A DNA stretch of 64,000 bases, from NCBI GenBank assembly GCA_965228875.1, contig OZ245843.1, positions 4,417,971 to 4,481,970 of the forward strand. The letters run 5' to 3'. Shown one piece after another: positions 56,437 through 64,000 of the stretch (position 1 is the first letter of the stretch; every line of letters starts with the position of its first letter). Under the pieces are notes generated by a model. That model was given only the letters and a program-made list of their open reading frames with translations. It did not search any database and was not told the DNA's origin. Source of the DNA: Thalassobaculaceae bacterium (GTDB lineage Bacteria > Pseudomonadota > Alphaproteobacteria > Thalassobaculales > Thalassobaculaceae). The position numbers and the translations under genes were made by a program.

Positions 56437-57012
56437 CTAACTTAGGAACCGACGCAATGTCGTATAGGCCTCGTTGATACTTTTCAACCGTTCCTCGGCG
56501 GCCTTGTCGCCGCCATTGGCGTCGGGGTGGTGTTTCTTGACCAGTTCCTTGTAGCGCGCCTTGAGGCGCTCGAGCGTGAAGGGCGGTTCGAGGCCGAGGA
56601 TGGCGGCCGCCTTTCCCTCGGCTGTGTCGGCGGGCGTGCGCCGCCGGCCTTCGCCCGCCTCCTCGTCGTCGTTCATGAAGCCGAACGGGTCGTTGACGCG
56701 ACGGCGCGCACCCTGCCCCGGCTTCATGGTGCCGAACGGCCAGGAGGGGCGGTTCCAGGTGGTCGAGCGCCGGATGTCGTCCTCGACCTCGTTGTCGCTC
56801 ATGCCGTCGTAGTAGTTCCACGACCTGTTATAATCGCGCACGTGGTCGAGGCAGAACCAGTAATAGTCGTTCAGCCGGTCGCGGGCCTTGGGTGCCCGGT
56901 GGGTTCCTTCCGCCTGGCAACCCGGATGGTCGCAGACGCGGAAATCCGGTTTCCGCGGTGCAAAATCCTCCAGGAAGGAGTCTGGATTGGCCTTCGCCAT
57001 CGGTGTGCCCAT
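56437..57012 (-). CDS. J-domain (DnaJ-like) protein
   Basis: CDHPGC...[11 protein letters not shown]...HHPDANGGD; conserved neighbour of cobS and bolA; start may be 57000. Confidence 0.9.
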   Translation of the reverse strand: MGTPMAKANPDSFLEDFAPRKPDFRVCDHPGCQAEGTHRAPKARDRLNDYYWFCLDHVRDYNRSWNYYDGMSDNEVEDDIRRSTTWNRPSWPFGTMKPGQGARRRVNDPFGFMNDDEEAGEGRRRTPADTAEGKAAAILGLEPPFTLERLKARYKELVKKHHPDANGGDKAAEERLKSINEAYTTLRRFLS

Positions 57013-57076
57013 CTGTTCAAGGCGTGTAACAAGACCGGATCATCGACCCTAGCGCGCCCGAAAGGAAAGTCCATAC

Positions 57077-57349
57077 ATGACCATTGCCGAGACGTTGCGG
57101 ATCAAGCTGGAGGCCGCATTCAATCCGACCGGGCTGGAGATCGTCGACGAGTCGCACCTTCACGCCGGGCATGCCGGCGCCCGACCGGAGGGTGAGACCC
57201 ATTTCCGTGTGACGATCGTGTCGCCGGCCTTCGACGGCGTCGGCCGGGTCCAGCGGCACCGGCTGGTTCACGAGGTTCTGGCGGAGGAACTGCGGGAGCG
57301 GGTCCACGCGCTGGCACTGGTGTTGCGGACGCCGGGAGAGGTGTCGTGA
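57077..57349 (+). CDS. bolA: BolA family protein
   Basis: DESHLHAGH...ETHFRV...RHRLV...VHAL. Confidence 0.93.
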   Translation: MTIAETLRIKLEAAFNPTGLEIVDESHLHAGHAGARPEGETHFRVTIVSPAFDGVGRVQRHRLVHEVLAEELRERVHALALVLRTPGEVS

Positions 57350-57476
57350 ACAACCTTAAATAGCTAACAAATCAGTTTAACGGTTATTGGTTGCGTCTAC
57401 CTTGGAACCGTGCCATTTCTTAGCGAGGAGTGGAAACCGCGATGGATTTGCGCGCGGCACGAGCGTAGGTTCTGAT

Positions 57477-57857
57477 TTGAACGCTGAAAACGATAAAAAA
57501 TCGATCCTCGAAAGCCGGAATGTGACGGTTGGCAACAAGCGTACCAGCATGCGGCTTGAGCCTCAGATGTGGGAGTCGCTGGAGAAGATTGCCAGGACCG
57601 AAGGGGTGACGATAAACAATCTGTGCACGCAGATCGATCTGCGTCGCGGACGCGTCGGGCTCACCTCGGCGACCCGGGTCTTCATCATCTGCTACTATCG
57701 GCACCTGGTGCATCAGCACGAGAGCGAACGCGGTCTGCTGGGGCCGGGGATCGCGCCGCGCGCCATCGGTCTCAAGGGCGCATCGCTGGCGCGCTGGGTG
57801 CTCGACACCGTGGTGCCGAGCGCGGCCCTGGACGGAGAGGCGTATCCGGGAACCTGA
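57477..57857 (+). CDS. Ribbon-helix-helix (RHH_4-like) DNA-binding protein (start uncertain)
   Basis: SRNVTVGNKRTSMRLEPQMWESLEKIA...LTSATRVF. Confidence 0.8.
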   Translation: MNAENDKKSILESRNVTVGNKRTSMRLEPQMWESLEKIARTEGVTINNLCTQIDLRRGRVGLTSATRVFIICYYRHLVHQHESERGLLGPGIAPRAIGLKGASLARWVLDTVVPSAALDGEAYPGT

Positions 57858-57932
57858 ACCGACCGCGCTCTAAGTCATCAATAATACAGCAAGGTCGCAC
57901 GATCAGATGTGTCCATCTGATCGCGACGAGCG

Positions 57933-58406
57933 CTAATCCGCGTGCGCGGCGATCGCCGCCGCCAGGGTGTCCCGGGCCTCGCACCGGCTCGGACACAGGG
58001 TCCGCAGGCGGTCGAGGAGTTCCCGCGCCAGATCGGGCTCGCCGGTCTGCAGGTACAGTTCGCCGAGATACTCCATCGCCTGCAGATGCTCCGGATCCAG
58101 GCGCAGGGCATTGAAATAGTACTGCCGCGCGTCGGCGAGGTTGCCGAGCTTGCGCGTCACGAAGCCGAGATAGTTCCACGCGTCCGGGTTTTTCGGGTTG
58201 CGTTTCAGCGACGCCTGCAGAAGCGGCTCGGCCCGCGCGAACTCCTCCGCCCAGATCAGCGAGACCGCGCGCTCGTACTCCGCGTCCTCGACCGTGGCCG
58301 GCGTGTCGTCGGGCGCCGGCGCCATTCCCGAAGCGGGGACCGGCCCGACGGCGATCAGCGTCAGCACAAGAAGGGCGGCAGGCAGCGGTGCGGATGAGCG
58401 AGGCAT
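57933..58406 (-). CDS. Exported TPR-repeat protein
   Basis: Signal peptide; DAWNYLGFVTRKLG...YYFNALRLDPEH...EYLGELYL. Confidence 0.85.
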   Translation of the reverse strand: MPRSSAPLPAALLVLTLIAVGPVPASGMAPAPDDTPATVEDAEYERAVSLIWAEEFARAEPLLQASLKRNPKNPDAWNYLGFVTRKLGNLADARQYYFNALRLDPEHLQAMEYLGELYLQTGEPDLARELLDRLRTLCPSRCEARDTLAAAIAAHAD

Positions 58407-58431
58407 CGTCAGTCCTCCTGAAGGTCGCGTG

Positions 58432-58992
58432 TCACCGGGGCAGGGCGCCTTCGATCAGGGCGATGGCCTGCGCGTCGGTCGGCGACACACGGGTCGGGAT
58501 CGCGGCGACGAGCCTGCCGTCGGGACCGACCAGGTACTTGTGGAAGTTCCAGCGCGGCGCTTTGTCGGGGCCGCCGGTCTCGGCCGCCCAGCGGTAGAAC
58601 GGATGCGCGTCCTTCCCGGACACGGTCTGCTTCTCGGTCATCGGGAAGTCGACCGCGAAATTGGTCTCGCAGAACGTCTTGATCTCGGCTTCGCTGCCCG
58701 GTTCCTGGCCGCCGAAATCGTTCGACGGCACCCCGAGCACCACCAGACCCCGCTCGCGGTAAGTCTCCCACACCTGCTGCAGCCCCGTGTACTGCGGCGT
58801 GTACCCGCAGCGCGACGCGGTGTTCACGACCAGCACCGCCTTGCCCGCGAAATCCGCCATGGGCAGCGGGGTGCCGTCGATCGAGGTGAAGCTGTAGGCG
58901 TGAGCCGGGCCGGAGGCGGTTGCGTTCGCGGTCATCGTGCTTCCCATCATCAGGCCGAGCGCGGCGAGCGCTCCCAGGATGCGGTCAAGCAT
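58432..58992 (-). CDS. Glutathione peroxidase family protein (exported)
   Basis: VNTASRCGYTPQY, GVPSNDFGGQEPG, PRWNFHKYLV. Confidence 0.93.
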   Translation of the reverse strand: MLDRILGALAALGLMMGSTMTANATASGPAHAYSFTSIDGTPLPMADFAGKAVLVVNTASRCGYTPQYTGLQQVWETYRERGLVVLGVPSNDFGGQEPGSEAEIKTFCETNFAVDFPMTEKQTVSGKDAHPFYRWAAETGGPDKAPRWNFHKYLVGPDGRLVAAIPTRVSPTDAQAIALIEGALPR

Positions 58993-59662
58993 AGCGCTGC
59001 TCCTTCCACGGGTCGCCCAGCATGTGATAGCCGCGCGATTCCCAGAATCCCTTGATGTCGCGGTCGACGAAGCGGATGGATCGGATCCACTTCGCGCTCT
59101 TCCAGAAATAGAGCGTCGGGACGACGAGGCGAGCGGGGCCGCCATGCTCGCGGGTCAGCGGCGCGCCGTTCCAGTGGGTGGCGATCAGGCTGTCATCCTC
59201 GTGCAGATAGTCGACCGGCAGGTTGGTGGTATAGCCGTCAAAGGACTTGATGAGCACGAACCGCGCCTCCTCGCGCGGCCTGACCTCGGCGATGAGATCC
59301 CGGGTGGCGACGCCGGCGAAGGTGTCGGCGAGCCGGGACCAGGACGTGACGCAGTGGATGTCGACGGTACGCGCGGTCCGCGGGATCAGCGACAGATCGC
59401 GGTAGTCGAATCGGGTCGGGACGTCGACCAGCCCCTCGACCGAGAGGGTCCAGTCCTTCGCCGCGATGTTGGGGTGAGTACCGAGATCCAGCACTGGCCA
59501 GTCCCGCGCGATATGCTGGCCGCGCGGCAGCCGCCCGCCCGCCGGATCTGGCGTACCGCCCGGCACCGTCGTACCGAAGGTCTTGCGTTCGCGGGCCCAG
59601 CGCTGCTTCTCGGCGACCAGCTTGGCGCGTTTGGCGGCGATGCGGGCGGTGTCGTCGTACAT
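58985..59662 (-). CDS. Sulfite oxidase-like molybdopterin oxidoreductase
   Basis: RLPRGQH...DIHCVTSWS...EHGGPARL...YFWKSAKW...GFWESRGYH. Confidence 0.9.
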   Translation of the reverse strand: MYDDTARIAAKRAKLVAEKQRWARERKTFGTTVPGGTPDPAGGRLPRGQHIARDWPVLDLGTHPNIAAKDWTLSVEGLVDVPTRFDYRDLSLIPRTARTVDIHCVTSWSRLADTFAGVATRDLIAEVRPREEARFVLIKSFDGYTTNLPVDYLHEDDSLIATHWNGAPLTREHGGPARLVVPTLYFWKSAKWIRSIRFVDRDIKGFWESRGYHMLGDPWKEQRYA

Positions 59663-59738
59663 GGGCGACAATATGGGCGGGGGCCGGCAGCGGCGCCAAG
59701 CCCGCTAACCGAGACGTGATCTCAGGCTGATCGTCCCG

Positions 59739-61298
59739 TCACTCTTGCTTCGCCCCCCGCGCCTTCGGCCGGTTGTTCGCGCGCTCCCACGCATCGGCCG
59801 TCTCCAGTGCGGCCTTGAAGGCTTCGCCGTTCTTCAGCAGATCCGTCTTGAGGGCGGGATCCAGCGGCTTGGGGTCGTCATAGTCGTCGACCGGCATCTT
59901 GCCGTCGCGTACCTCGTCCAGCACCGCGTCGATCGCGGAAGCGGCGTGGTAGGGGGTCTGAAGCAGCGTGAGCTTGTTCATCTTCCGATGCCCTTCGGGC
60001 ATGTGGCAGACGGTGCAATCGGCATCGCGGAAGTTCAGCGCCATCTTGCGGTAGATGTCGTCGATGGCGGCGACCTTGGGATTGTCGTGGCTGTACATCT
60101 CGGAGAACAGGGTGACTTCCGGCTGCGCCCTTCCGCTGTCGTCGCGCCACATCCAGGACCCCAGGAACGTCGGTTGCTCGATCCTGGTGTATGGACCGCG
60201 ATTGTCGTCCGTGCCGATATTCGAGCGGTAGGCGAACACGACCCTGCCCTCGTCGGTCATGCGGAACCGCAACTCGTTGGCGTTCTGGTAGGCGTCCCAT
60301 TTTTCCGGCGCATGCCAGAACGGGTAGGGATAGCGGCCCGGCGGCATCTGGTTGCGGAAATAGGCCTGCAGACCGATGGTCGTCAGCCCGTCGGGCGATT
60401 CCTGCACCCGATACTCGCCGGTGAACATGTAGAGCGACATGTACATGTCCTGGTACAGGTCGCCGCGGAACACCGACGACTTCTTGTCCTTCAGCCAGAA
60501 CTTCTCGGGCTGCTGGCCGCCGAACAGGAGGTAGTCGTTACGCATCCGGGCCTCGGGTCCGGTGCCGATGGCGTCGCGGCAGGCCTGATGGGCCGCCACG
60601 TCCCCGGGCGAGGCCATCGGACAGGCCTCGGCGAGGGAGGCGGCCACCGCCGCGGCGAACTTCTCGAAATCGAAGCCCTCGTCGGCGTGGGAGTCGGATG
60701 CGGGCACAGCGATCAGAATGGCGACCAGGGCGGCCGTCGATGTCTGCCGCCATCGCCGCGGCAGCATGGAGCGCAGGACGCCGTCCTTGCGGATCGCCGT
60801 GTGGTAGACGATCGCGGCGGCGGCATGGGCCACGACGACGGCGAGCAGGACATAGACGACCACCTGTTTCCAGGCATAGATCTCCATGGCCAACTCGCGA
60901 TCGTAGTACAGCACGCTTGGAAGTTCGGCGCCCGTGATGCCGAACGGGTGGAAGTCGACCGCCTTGGCGTCCAGGTACAGCCAGCCCATGACCGGTGCGA
61001 CCAGCAGCAGTGCGTAGAGCGCGCCATGCGCCGCCTTGGCGGCGATCCGCAGGAGCAGGGGCTCGGGCGGCTCGTGTGCCGGGACCTTGGCCAGCGTCAG
61101 GCGCCAGAGCAGCCGGGCGATCACCAGAATGAAGACGAGGACGCCAAGCGACTTGTGCAGGTCGATCGACCCTTTGACCACGCCGGGAACCAGGGCAAGG
61201 CAGAACATGAGAAGAACGAGCGCCGCCATCACCCAGTGAAAGAGAATGGTGACCGGATCGTAGGCATCGGTCTTCGACCGTTCTGCACCACTGGTCAT
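59739..61298 (-). CDS. Cytochrome b561 (CybB-like) fused to a periplasmic domain with a CxxCH heme motif
   Basis: FHWVMA...LHKSLG...AHGALY...AHAAAAIVYH..RKDGVLRSML, then a signal-like segment and a soluble domain containing CTVCH. Confidence 0.8.
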   Translation of the reverse strand: MTSGAERSKTDAYDPVTILFHWVMAALVLLMFCLALVPGVVKGSIDLHKSLGVLVFILVIARLLWRLTLAKVPAHEPPEPLLLRIAAKAAHGALYALLLVAPVMGWLYLDAKAVDFHPFGITGAELPSVLYYDRELAMEIYAWKQVVVYVLLAVVVAHAAAAIVYHTAIRKDGVLRSMLPRRWRQTSTAALVAILIAVPASDSHADEGFDFEKFAAAVAASLAEACPMASPGDVAAHQACRDAIGTGPEARMRNDYLLFGGQQPEKFWLKDKKSSVFRGDLYQDMYMSLYMFTGEYRVQESPDGLTTIGLQAYFRNQMPPGRYPYPFWHAPEKWDAYQNANELRFRMTDEGRVVFAYRSNIGTDDNRGPYTRIEQPTFLGSWMWRDDSGRAQPEVTLFSEMYSHDNPKVAAIDDIYRKMALNFRDADCTVCHMPEGHRKMNKLTLLQTPYHAASAIDAVLDEVRDGKMPVDDYDDPKPLDPALKTDLLKNGEAFKAALETADAWERANNRPKARGAKQE

Positions 61299-61471
61299 GT
61301 CTTCCTCCCGCACAACAGGCCTTGACCGAAAGGATGACACAATATTCGTTCGTTTTGCTCTCTATTCTTGGTGGTGCCGAAATGCTGTTTATTGATAAGT
61401 GGTTGCGGTCCGGTCTTCACGGCGATCCCGGCGACGGACGTGTGATGCGCCGCCCATTCAGCGCCGCCCGT

Positions 61472-62275
61472 TCAGTGCCGGGTGAACAGGATGTTGCCGG
61501 TGTATTGCGTACCGGTGGTCTTCTCCCGCACGGCCCGTTCCATGGCCGCGTCCTTGCGGAAGCCGGCGGCGACGAGGGTGTCGATCACCGGGCCCTGGAA
61601 ATTGTTCTCCAGCATGAGCTCGATCATGATGCTCCGCAGCCGAGGATCGGCCAGCAGGCGTTTCGCCCCGGCGACAACGGCGTGCTCGATGCCGTCCACA
61701 TCGACCTTCAGGTGGGTCGGACAGGGCAGCCCCTGCTCGTAGATCAGGTGGTCGAGGGGATAGGTTGACACGCCCTGCAGGCTCGTCGGCCCCGCGGCAT
61801 GACAGGGTTTGCTGTCCACCACCTGGACCTGGTGACCGCTCTGTCCGGCCGGCCCCCAGCGGACCTCCATCGGCCCCAGACCGATCTTGTCGCTGATCCC
61901 GATGCAGAAGGCCTGGACCTTGTCCGTAAGGCGGTTCTCCCGCAGGTTGACCATGAGGGTTGCGTAATTGCTCGCCTCCGGTTCGAAGGCGATCACGCGG
62001 GCCGAGCGCGCCGCCGCCGCCCAGACCGAGTAGAGACCCATATTGGCGCCGACGTCGAACAGCACGTCGTCCGCGCGCAGCGTGTTGAGCCAGCTGATCG
62101 TTTCCGGCTCCTTCGTGAAGTACTCCAGCACGCGCCAGGCACAGAGCCGGGTGGAGTTGTCCATGGTGAGATCGAACGCCCCGAACTTCAGGGAGATCGT
62201 TGGGCGGTCGGCCTCGTAGCGTGCCGCACGATCCATCATCCTCTGGCGCTGTTCGTCAGAGACGTTGAGTTGCAT
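61472..62275 (-). CDS. FkbM-family methyltransferase
   Basis: KEPETISW...FDVGANMGLYS...AFEP...LKVDVDGIE. Confidence 0.9.
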   Translation of the reverse strand: MQLNVSDEQRQRMMDRAARYEADRPTISLKFGAFDLTMDNSTRLCAWRVLEYFTKEPETISWLNTLRADDVLFDVGANMGLYSVWAAAARSARVIAFEPEASNYATLMVNLRENRLTDKVQAFCIGISDKIGLGPMEVRWGPAGQSGHQVQVVDSKPCHAAGPTSLQGVSTYPLDHLIYEQGLPCPTHLKVDVDGIEHAVVAGAKRLLADPRLRSIMIELMLENNFQGPVIDTLVAAGFRKDAAMERAVREKTTGTQYTGNILFTRH

Positions 62276-62389
62276 CGCTCCCTCCCGCTGATGCGACGAC
62301 GGACCCACCGCGCCAGGCGGAGGGTCCGTCGGAATGCCGTTCTTCGCCGTCGCGGTCCGGACCGATCGGCCGGTGCCGCCGCGGCGGGC

Positions 62390-63112
62390 TCAGTACATGT
62401 GCTGGCCGCCGTTGATGCTCAGCGTCGAGCCGGTGATGAAACCGCCCTCGTCGGCGGTCAGGAACACCACGCCGCGGGCGATCTCCGAGGCGTGACCGAG
62501 GCGGTTGACCGGGATGCGCGCCTTGATCTTCTCGAGTACGTCCGCCGGAACGGCGGCGACCATGTCGGTGTCGATGTAACCCGGCGCGATGGCGTTGACG
62601 GTGATGCCGGCCCGCGCGCCCTCCTGGGCCAGGGCCTTGGTGAAGCCGTGGATGCCGGACTTGGCGGCGGCGTAGTTCACCTGGCCGTACTGGCCGGCCT
62701 GGCCGTTGATGGAGCCGATGTTGACGATCCGGCCGAACTTGCGTTCGCGCATGCCCTCGATGACGTTGCGGCACATGTTGAAGCAGGAGCCGAGGTTGGT
62801 GTCGATCACCGCCTGCCAGGCGTCGTGGCTCATCTTGTGGATGGTGCCGTCACGGGTGATGCCGGCGTTGTTCACCAGGATGTCGACCGCGCCGACCTCC
62901 GCCTCGACCTGGGCGACGCCCGCCTTGCAGGCATCGAAGTCGGAGACGTCCCACTTGAACGCCGGGATACCGGTCCGCTCGGTGAACGCCTTCGCCCGCT
63001 CGTCGTTGCCGCCGTAATTCGCGGCGACCGTGCACCCGGCCTCCTTGAGGGCGACGCAGATCGCCTCGCCGATTCCGCGGGTACCGCCGGTCACCAATGC
63101 TACGCGTGCCAT
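62390..63112 (-). CDS. phaB: Acetoacetyl-CoA reductase
   Basis: TGGTRGIG, NNAGITRD, GQVNYAAAK, NGGQHMY; downstream of the thiolase. Confidence 0.96.
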   Translation of the reverse strand: MARVALVTGGTRGIGEAICVALKEAGCTVAANYGGNDERAKAFTERTGIPAFKWDVSDFDACKAGVAQVEAEVGAVDILVNNAGITRDGTIHKMSHDAWQAVIDTNLGSCFNMCRNVIEGMRERKFGRIVNIGSINGQAGQYGQVNYAAAKSGIHGFTKALAQEGARAGITVNAIAPGYIDTDMVAAVPADVLEKIKARIPVNRLGHASEIARGVVFLTADEGGFITGSTLSINGGQHMY

Positions 63113-63261
63113 GTCTTTCCTCCCTGCCTGTTCACGTCCTCGCGGACTCGCCTTCGGACCACGTTGGACCGTGACCGCCGCTCCGCCGGCATCGACCGGA
63201 GGGCGGCGGCCCGCTAGGCCCAGATGATTGCACGTCTTTCGGTTTCAGTCGCCGTTTACGC

Positions 63262-64000
<739 letters not shown>

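Noticed and set aside
46714..57349. Proximity of B12-dependent nrdJ to cobST, and absence of cobN
   Set aside because: J-domain-cobS-cobT beside bolA without cobN is an ordinary alphaproteobacterial arrangement; no evidence of a functional cluster.

Overview
High-GC alphaproteobacterial chromosome segment (Rhodospirillales-like gene order, inferred). The left edge is core: partial obgE, rpmA, rplU and tRNA-Ser(CGA). Next is a napEFDABC periplasmic nitrate reductase operon with a divergent Crp/Fnr regulator and an FNR-box-like palindrome. Positions ~7.2-35.3 kb hold an atypical type VI secretion (T6SS)-like locus, the main candidate for an undescribed system. It has hcp, tssE/F/G/K, vgrG and a DUF4123 adaptor. 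The sheath subunits TssB and TssC are fused in one ORF, and TssM is reduced to its cytoplasmic domain with a degenerate P-loop. TssL carries a periplasmic Cys-paired/DUF4384-like module. No tssJ, tssA, clpV or PAAR gene is visible in the window. The locus also encodes ExbB-ExbD-ExbD and a TonB-like protein ending in the same DUF4384-like module, an OmpA-domain protein, an exported beta-propeller/caspase (C14) protein, a degenerate PiT-like membrane protein, a putative effector/immunity cassette and an autotransporter-type barrel. The barrel's pre-barrel helix resembles the mature N-terminus of the caspase. The right half is mostly ordinary: TetR/DUF2145, ygiQ, TRAP transporter, class II RNR, histidine kinase, ftsEX, cobST, bolA, redox genes, a cytochrome b561/c-type fusion and phaBA. 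All family calls come from motif recognition by eye; no searches were run.
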